Below the pieces are notes generated by a model. That model was not told where the DNA came from. It saw only the letters and a list, made by a program, of their open reading frames with translations, and made no database searches. From assembly GCA_017592665.1 (NCBI GenBank), contig JAGFNW010000027.1, forward strand, positions 28,264 through 92,263: 64,000 nt of DNA. The letters are read 5' to 3'. Made by a program: the position numbers and the translations under genes. Positions 1-9,839 of this stretch are shown here, in pieces; positions within the stretch are counted from its first letter, which is position 1; each line of letters opens with the position of its first letter. This stretch comes from Streptosporangiaceae bacterium NEAU-GS5. GTDB taxonomy: Bacteria > Actinomycetota > Actinomycetes > Streptosporangiales > Streptosporangiaceae.

Positions 1-213
1 CCACCGTGACCACAAGCGGCCAGAACGTGACCGTCAAGAGCGTGAGCTTCAACGGCACGCTCGCGCCTGGAGCGAGCACCGGCAGCTTCGGCTTCCAGGT
101 CAACCGCCCCAACGGCGACACCCAGATGCCGACCGCCTACGCCTGCACGACGCCCTGACGAATCACCCGGTGCCCCCCGCCCGGCGCGCCCGGGCGGGGT
201 GCACCATTAGTGG

Positions 214-1170
214 GTGAATGCGAACGTGATGAGGAAGAGTCCACTGGGGAGCACGGGACTGGCCGTGACTCCCCTTTGTGTCGGCACAAGCGCGATGGCC
301 AGCATGCCCGACCTGTACGGCTACGCCGTGAGCGCCGAGCGGGCCGTCGAGACGATGCTGGAGGTGTTCGACAGTGAGATCAACTTCATCGACACCTCCA
401 ACGGCTACGGCGCCGACGGCGCGTCCGAGTTGCGCATCGGCGAAGCGCTCCGCGCCAGGGGCGGCCTGCCGCCGGACGCCGTGCTGGCCACCAAGGTCGA
501 CCCCGACCCGGTGACAGGCGACTTCTCCGGCAAGCGGGTGCGCGCCTCGGTCGAGGAGAGCCTCACCCGGTTGGGCCTCGACCGGCTGCAGCTGCTCTAC
601 TTCCACGATCCTGAGCGGATCGCCTTCGAGGACGCCATGGCGCCTGAGGGGGCGGTCGCGGCGCTGGTCGCGCTGCGCGAGGAAGGCCTGGCCGACCATC
701 TTGGCGTGGCCGGTGGCCCGGTCGGCCTGCTCCGCCGCTACCTCGGCACGGGCGCGTTCGAGGCGGTCATCACGCACAACCGGTACACCCTTGTCGACCG
801 GTCGGCCGAGCCGCTGCTCGCCGACGCGGCCGAACGGGGCGTCGCCGTCGTCAACGGCGCTCCGTACGGCGGCGGCATGCTGGTGAAAGGCCCCGACGCC
901 CAGCCCCTGTACGGCTACCGCCCGGCCTCCGAGGTGGCCAAGGACCGGGTGCGGACGATGCGCCGGATCTGCGATGAGCACGGGATCCCGCCGGCCGCGG
1001 CGGCGTTGCAGTACTCGACGCGGGAGCCGCGGATCGCCTCCACGATCGTCGGCATCACCGCGCCCGGCCGCGTGGCGCAAACCCTTGAGCTGTATCGATG
1101 GCCGATCCCCGATGAGGTGTGGGACCAGTTGGAGCCGCTCGCGGCGCCGGAAGAGGAGTGGCTGCGATGA
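214..1170 (+). CDS. aldo/keto reductase family oxidoreductase
   Basis: 318-aa ORF typical of AKR (NAD(P)H oxidoreductase TIM barrel): 'LGLDRLQLLYFHDPE' and 'GVAGG' blocks. GTG at 214 or ATG at 229 is a possible start. Confidence 0.8.
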   Translation: MNANVMRKSPLGSTGLAVTPLCVGTSAMASMPDLYGYAVSAERAVETMLEVFDSEINFIDTSNGYGADGASELRIGEALRARGGLPPDAVLATKVDPDPVTGDFSGKRVRASVEESLTRLGLDRLQLLYFHDPERIAFEDAMAPEGAVAALVALREEGLADHLGVAGGPVGLLRRYLGTGAFEAVITHNRYTLVDRSAEPLLADAAERGVAVVNGAPYGGGMLVKGPDAQPLYGYRPASEVAKDRVRTMRRICDEHGIPPAAAALQYSTREPRIASTIVGITAPGRVAQTLELYRWPIPDEVWDQLEPLAAPEEEWLR

Positions 1171-2246
1171 GCGCGCCCGGTCGTTTCGGAGTGGTGGGCA
1201 ACGGCTGGCGCTGCGAGTTCTTCCTGCGCCTGGCCCGGCAGCTGCCCGAGCGGCTGTCGGTGTCCGGGATCGTCACCCGCTCGGCCGAGCGCGGCGCCGA
1301 GGTCGAGGAGCGGTGGGGCGTGCCGACGTTCCGCTCGGTGGACGACCTGCTGGCGGCCGAGCGGCCCGACTTCGTGATCCCGTCGGTCCCGTGGCCGGTC
1401 ACCCCCGTGGTGACCAAGGAGCTGGTCGCGCATGACATGCCCGTGCTGGCCGAGACCCCGCCCGCGGCCGATCTGGAAGGGCTGCGCGATCTCTGGAGCG
1501 CGGTCGGTGCGAGCGGCCTGGTGCAGGTGGCCGAGCAGTACATGCTGATGCCGGGCCACGCGGCGCGGCTGGCTCTGGTGCGCGAGCACGTCATCGGCCA
1601 GGTGACGTCGGTGCAGGTGTCGTCGACGCACCTCTACCACGCGGTGTCGATGATCCGGCACCTGCTCGGAGCGGGCTTCGCCGAGGCCGAGGTCACGGCG
1701 CGGGCCTTCACCGCTCCCCTGGCCGACCCGCTGTCCAAGGACGGCTGGACGGGCGGCTTGAACGCCGAGCAGGCCACCACCACGATCGCCATGCTCGACT
1801 TCGGCACCGGCATGGGCCTCTACGACTTCACCGACAACCAGTGGTGGAATCCGCTGCGCGCCCGCCGGATCGTCGTGCGCGGCTCCCTCGGCGAGATCGT
1901 CGACGAGCGCGTCGTACGGATGACCGACCGGCAGTCGGCCGTGGAGTCGCACCTGATCCGCCGGCAGAAGGGGATCGACCTCAACCTCGAGGGTCTCGAG
2001 CTCGATCACATCAGCTTCGACGGCCGGGTGGTCTACCGCAACGAATATCAGGGCGCCCGGTTCTCCGAGGACGACCTCGCCGTTGTCGACCTGCTGTGCC
2101 GGATGACCGACTGGGTGCGGGGCGCGGGCCCCGAGCCCTATCCCCTGGCCGACGGCTGCCAGGACCACCTGCTCAGCCTCGCGATCGAGGAGGCCGTCCG
2201 CACCGGGGCCCCGGTCACCTCCACCCGGGAGGCGTGGGCCGGCTGA
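1167..2246 (+). CDS. Gfo/Idh/MocA family oxidoreductase
   Basis: ATG at 1167 overlaps the upstream stop (ATGA). N-terminal Rossmann 'RFGVVGNGWR', then 'VIPSVPWPVTPVV' and 'AEQYMLMPGH', typical of the Gfo/Idh/MocA fold. Confidence 0.75.
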   Translation: MSAPGRFGVVGNGWRCEFFLRLARQLPERLSVSGIVTRSAERGAEVEERWGVPTFRSVDDLLAAERPDFVIPSVPWPVTPVVTKELVAHDMPVLAETPPAADLEGLRDLWSAVGASGLVQVAEQYMLMPGHAARLALVREHVIGQVTSVQVSSTHLYHAVSMIRHLLGAGFAEAEVTARAFTAPLADPLSKDGWTGGLNAEQATTTIAMLDFGTGMGLYDFTDNQWWNPLRARRIVVRGSLGEIVDERVVRMTDRQSAVESHLIRRQKGIDLNLEGLELDHISFDGRVVYRNEYQGARFSEDDLAVVDLLCRMTDWVRGAGPEPYPLADGCQDHLLSLAIEEAVRTGAPVTSTREAWAG

Positions 2247-3018
2247 CCTGGGCGCCGGGTCTTCCTCGGGTCAGCAGGCCGATCAGCAGCCCGGCGATGA
2301 AGCCGACGACGTGGGCCATGTAGGCCACCCCGCCCGCGGACGAGGTGGCGAGGCCCGCCGAGTAGGCCCACTGCAGCAGGAACCAGCTGCCGAGGACCAG
2401 CCAGGCCGGCAGCCTGATGGGGATGAAGAAGAAGAACGTGAGCAGGCTCCACACCCGGGCTCGCGGGAACAGCGCGAGGTAGGCGCCGAGGACGCCGGCG
2501 ATGGCGCCCGACGCGCCGACCAGCGTCTCCTGCGAGTCCGGCTGGAACAGCGCGAAGCCGTACGTGGCGACGTAGCCGCAGAACACGTAAAAGAGCAGGA
2601 ACACGAACCGGCCGTAGCGGTCTTCGACGTTGTTGCCGAAGATCAGCAGGAACAGCATGTTGCCGAGCAGGTGCAGCCAGCCGCCGTGAAGGAACATGGC
2701 GAACAGCACGGACAGGATGGGGATCTTGTCGTAGCCGGGCCGCCCGGCCTCGCATCCCACCTCGCCGGCGCGCGTCTCGGCCAGTTGGCCCGTGGCCACC
2801 CGGTTGAGCGGGTGGTTGGTGGTCAGCTCGCGGGGAATGGCCGCGTATTCGTCGTAGAAGGCGATCTGCTGGCAGACGCGCACCGCGTCGAGGGTGCCGG
2901 TGACCGTGGCGGGCGCGGCCGGAGTGATCAGGAAGACCACCACGTTGGCGGCGATCAGCAGGTAGGTCACCCACGGGGTGCGCCTCAGCGGGTTCTCGTC
3001 GTGCACAGGCAGGACCAA
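2215..3018 (-). CDS. rhomboid family intramembrane serine protease
   Basis: Multi-TM protein with GxSG catalytic motif ('GASGAIAGVLGAY') and downstream His ('AHVVGFIAG'). Confidence 0.85.
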   Translation of the reverse strand: MVLPVHDENPLRRTPWVTYLLIAANVVVFLITPAAPATVTGTLDAVRVCQQIAFYDEYAAIPRELTTNHPLNRVATGQLAETRAGEVGCEAGRPGYDKIPILSVLFAMFLHGGWLHLLGNMLFLLIFGNNVEDRYGRFVFLLFYVFCGYVATYGFALFQPDSQETLVGASGAIAGVLGAYLALFPRARVWSLLTFFFFIPIRLPAWLVLGSWFLLQWAYSAGLATSSAGGVAYMAHVVGFIAGLLIGLLTRGRPGAQVSRPTPPGWR

Positions 3019-3055
3019 CGCCGCCTCCTTCGAGGAGCCCCTTTTGGGGCCTACT

Positions 3056-3558
3056 TTACGCCGGAGTGATCTCCAAGGAGTAGCGGTGCAACGGCCCCGC
3101 CGGGCCGTCCCGCACGTCGAGCTCGGCCATGCCGAGGCGGCGGGCCACCCGCGCGGAGGCCGCGTTGGCCTCGTCGGTCTCGGCGATCACCCGCGTCAGG
3201 CCGGTCTCCGCCGCGTGCCGCAGCACGGCCCGCGCGGCCTCGGTGACCAGGCCCTGGCCCCACCAGCCCGGGTCGAGGCTGTACAGCAGCTCGGCCTGGC
3301 CGTCCTGGGTCGCCCGCAGGCCGCAGACCCCGACGATGACGCCATCGCTCAGCATGGCCCACAGCCCGTACCCCCGCTCGGCGAAGTCGCTCCGGCTGTC
3401 GTTCACGATCTCCTCGACCAGCCCCTGTGACACCTCCTCGCCGTCGAACAGGTGGCGCCGGACCTCGGGCAGGCTCCAGTGCGCCTGCAAGAACGGCGCG
3501 TCGGCCGGCTCCACGGGACGCAGGGTCAGCCGGTCGCTCGTCAGTCGCGCGTCCACAG
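3056..3558 (-). CDS. GNAT family N-acetyltransferase (RimJ/RimL-like)
   Basis: C-terminal about 167 aa of the long track ORF 3056..4339. Acetyl-CoA-binding block 'GVIVGVCGL...LLYSLDPGWWGQGLVTEAARAV'. Start set at GTG 3558 ('VDARLTSDRLTLRPVE'). The upstream part of the track ORF is a high-GC artefact. Confidence 0.7.
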
Positions 3559-6108
3559 CTCCCCCAGAAGTTCGGCGAGTGCGGCGCGATCGTTGACGCC
3601 GACCTTCTCGTAGACCGCGACGAGCGTGTTGGCCACCGTGCGGATCGACACGACCAGCCGGTCGGCGATCTCCCGGTTGGTCAGGCCGGAGGCCGCCAGC
3701 TGGGCGATCTCGAGCTGCCGCGCCGTCAGGTCGGGCGCGGCGAGGCCGACGAGCGCCGGGGTGCGCGCGCCCGGGCACTGCTGGGCCAGCAGGACGGCGC
3801 GGGTGCGCGCCGCTTGCGCCGACCGGTTGAGGCCCGCGCCGGCGAAGCGTCCGGCGGCCTGGGCCGCCGCCTCGGCGGCGTGCAGGATCATGCCGAGCCG
3901 TTCGAACTCCTGGGACACCTCCTGCAGCTCGCGTGGGTCGCAGGCGGCGGCGTGCCGGGCGAACAGCGCGACGAGCGGGCTCTCGATGCCGAGCCCGGCG
4001 AGCCGGTCGGCCACAAGCTCGGGCCGGCCGAGCCGTACGACGTCGTGGAGGGCGAACGGGACCTGGGCCGGAAGGGCGTCGGATCCCGCGGCGAGGTCGA
4101 GCAGTTCGTCGACGGCGGTGACGAGATCGCCGCGCGCGGCGGCGGTCCAGGCGCGCGCCAGCCGGATGGGGAAGTTGACGGCCGGGCCGTGCCGCAGCGC
4201 GCGCGTCTCGCACTCGGCAAGCGCGCGGGCCGCGCCGTCGGCGTCGCCGAGCAGGGCGCGGGCGTGCGCGAGCCGCCCAAGGACCACGCCCGCCGAATGG
4301 TCGAGCCCGCGCAGGAAGACCGACGCGTCGGCCGCGCACGCGGCGGACTCGCGCGGGCGGCCGCGCAGCAGCCGCACCAGCGCGCTGTGCGCCCCGAGCA
4401 GGACGATGGCCCGATGCCAGCTCCCGTAGCCGCCGTGCAGATCCTCCCCGCGTGCCAGCCAGGCGTCGGCGCCGTCCAGGTCGCCGAGGAGCAGGCAGGC
4501 CTGGAGCCCGTACTCCACGACAGACAGCGACAGGCTCGGCCGCGGCGCTCCATCGAGCGCCAGGACGGCGAGCGCCTGATCGGCGGCGGCCAGCGCCTCG
4601 CGCGGCCGTCCTTCCGCGTACAGCAGGGCCGTCCAGCCGACGCCGCGGGCGCGGTCGAGGTGATATTCAGAAAGCCCCGCCGTCCCCTCGAGCAAGGCCC
4701 TGGCCGAAACCAGGTCGCCGGCCGCCGCGTCGATGGCGGCCCCGATGATCGAGGCTCCGGCGACGTCCTCCGGCCGGGCCAGCCGCTCGACGACGCGGGC
4801 GAGCACGGCCTTGGCCTCATCCAAATGGCCCAGCCCCCAGGCCAGGGCCTCGGCGCGGGCCACGCCGCACTCGACCCGCCGCTCGAAGGTGAGGTCTTTC
4901 GCCCAGGCGGCCCGCAGCGCCTCGTCGGCCTCGGCATAGCGGCCCTGGTAGGCCAGCACGCGGCCGAGCAGCACCAGCAGCTCGCCGGTGGCCGGCCCGT
5001 CGGCGTCGGCGGCGTCGGCGGCGTCGGCGGCGACGGCCGCGCGGGCCAGCCGCTCGGCGAGCTCGAGATCGCGTACGCCCCTGGCCTGCTCGGCCGCTGC
5101 GGCCAGCAGGCCCACGTCGTCGACCTGACCCGCGTCGAGCCGCCACATGGCCACCCGGAGCACGTCGGCGCGGCGGCGCATCCCCGTGGCGGTGACGGCG
5201 TCGGCGAGCGCCCGGAGGACGGCGCGCGTGCGCAGGGCTCCGCAGCGGTCGGCGACGACCTCACCGTAAAGCGGGTGCGCCAGCCGCACCTCCAGGCGGG
5301 CCCCGTCGCTTCGCGCCGTGACCAGCTGCCGATCCTCCAGCCGGGCCACGACGCGTTCACCCGTGAGCCCGGCGAGCAGGTCGGCGCCGAGCGGCTCGCC
5401 GTACGCGAGGAACTCGAGGGCCGCCCGCTCGTCGTCGGCCAGCACCCCGAGCCGGGCCTCGATGGTCTCGCGCAGCGTCGCGGTCAGCGACAGCCGGCCA
5501 CGCCACAGCCACAGGCCGCCCACGTCGGCCAGCATCCCGGAGAGCACGAGCTCACGAAGGTAGAGCGGGTTGCCCCCGCTGACCTCCCACAGTCTCCGTG
5601 ACGTGGTGGCCTCCACCCGCCCGCCCAGCGCTCCCTCCAGCAGAAGACCGGCCTCGTCGGGCGACAGCGGGGCCACGTCGATGCGGGTGGCGAGGTCGTC
5701 CTTCCAGAGCGACACGATGGCGTCGGGCGCGGGCTCTCCCGAGCGTACGGTCCCCACGACCTTGATCCCCCCGCGCGTGACGAGATGGTGCACGAGCGAG
5801 GCCGAGACAGGGTCGAGCAGATGGGCGTCGTCGACGATCAGGGCCGGCGCGCGAAGCGCGGCCGCGGCCCAGCCGAGCGGGTTGCCGCCCGGCGCGACGG
5901 CCGGCAGCAGATGCGCGAACGCGCCGAGGGGGATCTCGGCGGCCGCGGCCGTCGCCCTCACCCAGGCGACGCCCGGCCCGTCGACCGCCTCCGCGACCAG
6001 CCGGCTCTTGCCCACACCGGCAGGACCCGCGACGATGACAGCGCCCCGGGCCGATCGGACGGCCTCCACCAGCGCCGCGCGACCGGCGAAAGGCCACCTG
6101 GCCGCCAT
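3541..6108 (-). CDS. LAL-type (large ATP-binding) LuxR family transcriptional regulator
   Basis: 855 aa. N-terminal Walker A 'GPAGVGKS', long TPR-like helical middle, C-terminal LuxR HTH 'LTARQLEIAQLAASGLTNREIADRLVVSIRTVANTL'. Confidence 0.85.
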   Translation of the reverse strand: MAARWPFAGRAALVEAVRSARGAVIVAGPAGVGKSRLVAEAVDGPGVAWVRATAAAAEIPLGAFAHLLPAVAPGGNPLGWAAAALRAPALIVDDAHLLDPVSASLVHHLVTRGGIKVVGTVRSGEPAPDAIVSLWKDDLATRIDVAPLSPDEAGLLLEGALGGRVEATTSRRLWEVSGGNPLYLRELVLSGMLADVGGLWLWRGRLSLTATLRETIEARLGVLADDERAALEFLAYGEPLGADLLAGLTGERVVARLEDRQLVTARSDGARLEVRLAHPLYGEVVADRCGALRTRAVLRALADAVTATGMRRRADVLRVAMWRLDAGQVDDVGLLAAAAEQARGVRDLELAERLARAAVAADAADAADADGPATGELLVLLGRVLAYQGRYAEADEALRAAWAKDLTFERRVECGVARAEALAWGLGHLDEAKAVLARVVERLARPEDVAGASIIGAAIDAAAGDLVSARALLEGTAGLSEYHLDRARGVGWTALLYAEGRPREALAAADQALAVLALDGAPRPSLSLSVVEYGLQACLLLGDLDGADAWLARGEDLHGGYGSWHRAIVLLGAHSALVRLLRGRPRESAACAADASVFLRGLDHSAGVVLGRLAHARALLGDADGAARALAECETRALRHGPAVNFPIRLARAWTAAARGDLVTAVDELLDLAAGSDALPAQVPFALHDVVRLGRPELVADRLAGLGIESPLVALFARHAAACDPRELQEVSQEFERLGMILHAAEAAAQAAGRFAGAGLNRSAQAARTRAVLLAQQCPGARTPALVGLAAPDLTARQLEIAQLAASGLTNREIADRLVVSIRTVANTLVAVYEKVGVNDRAALAELLGELWTRD
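5004..5039. repeat. in-frame 9-bp tandem repeat (cgtcggcgg x3 plus a degenerate 4th copy) inside the LAL regulator gene
   Basis: Seen directly in the sequence. On the minus strand it encodes the reiterated 'AADAADAADAD' stretch of the regulator. Confidence 0.6.
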
Positions 6109-6174
6109 GCGGCGAGCGTATTCGAGTAGGGCCTACTCATGCGAGCGGGTATCCAACAGCGCGATGGTCGGAAC

Positions 6175-7287
6175 ATGAGCACGACACTGATCACGGAGGA
6201 CGCCATCCACGGCGCCGACCTGACCGCACTGGTCCGCGACCACCTCGGCGACCCCGAGGCCGACATCACCGAACTCGCGGTCGAGGTCATACCGCACGCC
6301 ACCGGCTCGCTCGCCACACGCGGGCTGCACCGGGTCAGCGGCTCCACCACGACCGGCGCCCGCTGGTCGTTCGTGGCCAAGTCGATCAGCAGCATCCGCC
6401 ACTCGCCGGGGCTCTCGATCATTCCCGAGGGCTTCCGCGAAATCGCGGTGGCCACCTTCCCGTGGCGCGCCGACCTCGACGCCTACCTGCGGCCCGCGGT
6501 GCTGCCGGCCGGATTCCGGCTTCCGGTCGTGCACCGGGTCGACGACCTCGGCGACGACCGGATCCTGATGTGGCTCGAGGACATCGAGCAGGTCTCCGGC
6601 GCCTGGGACCCGGCCCGCTTCGACGAGGCGGCGGGCCTGCTCGGCCGCCTTGCCGCGCTGAACCCGGCCCCGGAGGGGAGCGTCTCGGAGTCGCTCCACC
6701 TGTACGCCGACGGCCCGGTCATCAACGGCATGCTGCCGATGCTGCGCGACCCCGCCGTGTGGACGCACCCGCTGGTCGCCGCGGCCGTGGACCCGGCGCT
6801 GCGCGACGACCTCCTGGCGCTCGGCGAGCGCGTCCCCGCCCTGCTCGACGCGATGGATCGGCTGCCGCACACGTTCGGCCACGGCGACGCCTGCCCGCAG
6901 AACCTGCTGGTGCCCGCCGACGGCTCGGCGCGGTTCGTGGCCATCGACTGGAGCTGGCCCGGCCCGCTGCCCATCGGGCACGACCTGTGCCAGCTGCTGG
7001 TCGGCGAGGCGCACGCGGGCCGCATGGAACCCGACCAGCTGCCGGCCCTGCACGAGGCGATCCTCGCCGCGTACGCGGCCCAGGCGGACGCTGACCCGCG
7101 GGCCGTGCGGTTCGGCTACGAGGGGTCGCTCGCCCTGCGCTGCGCCTGGATCGCCCTCCCGCTGGAGCGGCTGGGCGACGAGGCGACCCCCGAGTTGCAC
7201 GACCTGTTCCGCAAGCGGGCTGGATTGGCCCGCTTTATCACCGACCTCGGCCTCGGGCTCACAGAGAACTGTGGTCCATGGACGTGA
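6175..7287 (+). CDS. phosphotransferase (APH/choline-kinase-like) family protein
   Basis: Brenner motif 'HGDACPQNLLV' and Mg-binding 'FVAIDWSW' of aminoglycoside-phosphotransferase-like kinases. ATG at 6175, in frame with track ORF 6139..7287. Confidence 0.65.
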   Translation: MSTTLITEDAIHGADLTALVRDHLGDPEADITELAVEVIPHATGSLATRGLHRVSGSTTTGARWSFVAKSISSIRHSPGLSIIPEGFREIAVATFPWRADLDAYLRPAVLPAGFRLPVVHRVDDLGDDRILMWLEDIEQVSGAWDPARFDEAAGLLGRLAALNPAPEGSVSESLHLYADGPVINGMLPMLRDPAVWTHPLVAAAVDPALRDDLLALGERVPALLDAMDRLPHTFGHGDACPQNLLVPADGSARFVAIDWSWPGPLPIGHDLCQLLVGEAHAGRMEPDQLPALHEAILAAYAAQADADPRAVRFGYEGSLALRCAWIALPLERLGDEATPELHDLFRKRAGLARFITDLGLGLTENCGPWT

Positions 7288-8179
7288 GCGGGCTGCGGTC
7301 CTCCTCGATCACGTCGGCGGCCGACCGCACGATCTGCGGGTCGGGACTGCCGACGATGGGGGTGTCCTTGTTCTCGTAGTCGAACCGGGACAGCACGTGC
7401 CTCATGGCCTCGATCCGGCCGCGCTTCTTGTCGTTGCTCTTGATGATCGTCCAGGGCGCGGCCAGGGTGTCGGTGTGGTGGAAGATCTCCTCCTTGGCCT
7501 TGGTGTAGTCGTCCCACCGGTCGAGCGAGGCGAGGTCCATCGGTGACAGCTTCCACTGCCTGACCGGGTCGACCTGCCGGATGATGAACCGGGTGCGCTG
7601 CTCGTTGCGCGACACGGAGAACCACATCTTGATCAGGTGGATGCCGCTGTCGACCAGCATCTGCTCGAAGGCCGGCGCCTGGGCCATGAACAGCCAGTAG
7701 TCCTCGTCTGAGCAGAATCCCATGACCCGCTCGACCCCGGCCCGGTTGTACCAGGACCGGTCGAACAGCACGATCTCCCCGGCGGCCGGCAGATGCGCGA
7801 TGTAGCGCTGGAAGTACCACTGCGTGCGCTCGCGCTCGCTCGGCTTCTCCAGCGCGACCACAGAGGCTCCGCGGGGGTTGAGGTGCTCCATGAACCGCTT
7901 GATCGTGCCGCCCTTGCCGGCCGCGTCGCGGCCCTCGAACACCATGACCAGCCGGCCGCCCGTGGCCTTCAGCCACTGCTGCAGCTTGAGCAGCTCGATC
8001 TGGAGCAGCCGCTTGTGCTGCTCGTACGTGGAGCGCGACATCCGCTCGTCGTACGGGTAGTGCTCGCGCCAGGTGTCGACCGGACGTCCGTCGGCCCTGA
8101 TCAGAACGGGATCGTCGTCGTCGTTGTCGTCCACCCACAGACCCGGGGTGGACGACAACAAATCCAGAGAATCGCTCAT
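7259..8179 (-). CDS. ppk2: polyphosphate kinase 2 (PPK2 family)
   Basis: 306 aa with PPK2 Walker-A-like 'FEGRDAAGKGGTIKR' and lid 'FDRSWYNRAGVERVMGF'. Its start codon overlaps the stop of the upstream small ORF (ATGA at 8176-8179). Confidence 0.9.
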   Translation of the reverse strand: MSDSLDLLSSTPGLWVDDNDDDDPVLIRADGRPVDTWREHYPYDERMSRSTYEQHKRLLQIELLKLQQWLKATGGRLVMVFEGRDAAGKGGTIKRFMEHLNPRGASVVALEKPSERERTQWYFQRYIAHLPAAGEIVLFDRSWYNRAGVERVMGFCSDEDYWLFMAQAPAFEQMLVDSGIHLIKMWFSVSRNEQRTRFIIRQVDPVRQWKLSPMDLASLDRWDDYTKAKEEIFHHTDTLAAPWTIIKSNDKKRGRIEAMRHVLSRFDYENKDTPIVGSPDPQIVRSAADVIEEDRSPLTSMDHSSL

Positions 8180-8406
8180 TTATCCAGCATCACATAGATA
8201 CCGAGGAGCGCTCCGGCGGCGACGATGAGGAAGCAGAGGCCTGCGATGACCGTTCCGATCGGGTTGGACGAGGCCGTGCCGTCCTCACCGCGCGAGGCGC
8301 CGAGGGAGGCCAGCCCGGCCGCGAAGATCGAGACCAGCCCCGCGCCGGCCACCAGGCCGATGACCAGGACCTTCCACAGCGAATCGAGGTCGATGTAGTC
8401 GCTCAC
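8176..8406 (-). CDS. small two-TM membrane protein, translationally coupled between the PiT transporter and PPK2
   Basis: About 76 aa, strongly GC3-biased, two hydrophobic helices. GTG start overlaps the PiT stop (GTGA at 8403-8406) and its stop overlaps the ppk2 start. The longer track ORF 8176..8892 is an artefact extension. Confidence 0.55.
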   Translation of the reverse strand: MSDYIDLDSLWKVLVIGLVAGAGLVSIFAAGLASLGASRGEDGTASSNPIGTVIAGLCFLIVAAGALLGIYVMLDK

Positions 8407-9545
8407 GGCGCCACCTTCTCCGGGACGAGCTTGCCGGTCCACTCGTGGTTGACGTTCTCGTGGTTCACCGGAGCGCGGCGCGCGGCCATGAACAGCGCCG
8501 CCGCGAGGATCCCCCCGATGACGAACACGATGGCCACGCCGAGCGTGCCGCCGATGAGGTCGGACGCCTTGAAGGCGATGCCGCCGACGAGGGCCGCGGC
8601 CGGCAGCGTGAGCAGCCAGGCGACGCCCATCCGGCCGGCGAGGCTCCAGCGGACCTGCGCCAGCTTCTTGCCCAGGCCGGCGCCGATGATCGAGCCGCTG
8701 CACACGTGCGTGGTCGACAGCGGGAAGCCGAAGTGCGAAGCGGCCAGGATGATCGCGCCCGAGGAGCCCTCGGCGGCGAAGCCCTGCGGGCTCTCGATCT
8801 CCGTCAGGCCCTTTCCGAGCGTGCGGATGACCCGCCAGCCTCCGATGTACGTCCCCGCCGCGATCGTGACGGCGCAGGCCGCGATGACCCAAGTCGGGGT
8901 CCCCGCGTGCGGGCTGATGGTCTTGTTGACGACGAGCGCCAGGGTGATGACGCCCATGGTCTTCTGCGCGTCGTTCGTGCCGTGCGCCAGGGACACCAGC
9001 GACGCCGACCCGATCTGGCCGATGCGGAAGCCCGTCTTACGCACCGAATCGGGCGTCCGCGCGGTGATCCGGTAGGCGAGGTAGGTGCCGACGGTCGCGA
9101 CGGCGATCGCGCACAGCGGGGCGAGCACGGCCGGGATGAGCACCTTGGCCACGATCGCCGAGCCCTTGACCGCGTCGGCGCCCGCCGCGAGGAACGTGGC
9201 TCCGACGACGCCGCCGATGAGCGCGTGCGACGAGCTGGAAGGCAGACCGTAATACCAGGTCAGCAGGTTCCAGGCGAGCCCGCCGACCAGTCCGGCGAAC
9301 ACGACGGGCAGGGTGATCGCGCCGCTGTCCACGATTCCGGACGCGATCGTCGCCGCGACCTTCAGCGACAGGAAGGCCCCGAGGAAGTTCAGGATGGCCG
9401 ACAGCGTGACGGCCACTTTGGGGCTCAGCGCCCCGGTCGCGATGGAGGTCGCCATCGCGTTCGCTGTGTCGTGGAATCCGTTGGTGAAGTCGAACGTGAG
9501 CGCTGTTACGACCACTAAGGCCAGCAAGACGGTAGAGGCGTCCAT
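8403..9545 (-). CDS. pit: inorganic phosphate transporter, PiT (PHO4) family
   Basis: 380 aa polytopic. Duplicated PHO4 signature 'FTNGFHDTANAMATSI' at the N-terminus and 'HGTNDAQKTMGVI' in the second half. Confidence 0.9.
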   Translation of the reverse strand: MDASTVLLALVVVTALTFDFTNGFHDTANAMATSIATGALSPKVAVTLSAILNFLGAFLSLKVAATIASGIVDSGAITLPVVFAGLVGGLAWNLLTWYYGLPSSSSHALIGGVVGATFLAAGADAVKGSAIVAKVLIPAVLAPLCAIAVATVGTYLAYRITARTPDSVRKTGFRIGQIGSASLVSLAHGTNDAQKTMGVITLALVVNKTISPHAGTPTWVIAACAVTIAAGTYIGGWRVIRTLGKGLTEIESPQGFAAEGSSGAIILAASHFGFPLSTTHVCSGSIIGAGLGKKLAQVRWSLAGRMGVAWLLTLPAAALVGGIAFKASDLIGGTLGVAIVFVIGGILAAALFMAARRAPVNHENVNHEWTGKLVPEKVAP

Positions 9546-9839
9546 GTACTGAAACGTCCCAAGTTAGAGGGCCAATAACCACGAAAAGTGCAGAGTTCAC
9601 CTAAATGTCAACCTCAGCGCTGCCGGTCCAATGATCGCGCCAGCCGGGCGAGCCGCAGTCCCACTGCCCGAAACCGTCGGTCGCAACCCGCGTGCCGCGC
9701 GGGAACCGGTGGTCCGGCAGCACCCACCATTTGTCGGCCTCGGGTTGGCAGGGCCGATGACCAGGCCACCAACACCGAATGACGGTCCGATGTACCGCGG
9801 GCGCATAACGATTGCTCCCCGTGGTTCCATCTGTGGCAG

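Noticed and set aside
3056-4339. 427-aa minus-strand track ORF, extremely Arg/Pro/Ala-rich upstream of the GNAT domain
   Set aside because: Only the C-terminal roughly 167 aa carry a GNAT fold. The rest lies antisense to the LAL/LuxR regulator gene and has the composition of a high-GC open-frame artefact. Trimmed to 3056-3558.
3427-5601. 724-aa plus-strand ORF and several other long ORFs (3888-5360, 4817-5146 and others) inside the LuxR gene
   Set aside because: They are antisense or off-frame to a gene with clear Walker A and LuxR HTH motifs. Their translations are low-complexity Arg/Gly/Pro runs, typical of spurious high-GC frames.
6133-7200. 355-aa minus-strand ORF opposite the phosphotransferase gene
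   Set aside because: No motifs and an Arg/Gly-rich composition. The plus-strand frame carries the HGDxxxxN/DW kinase motifs.
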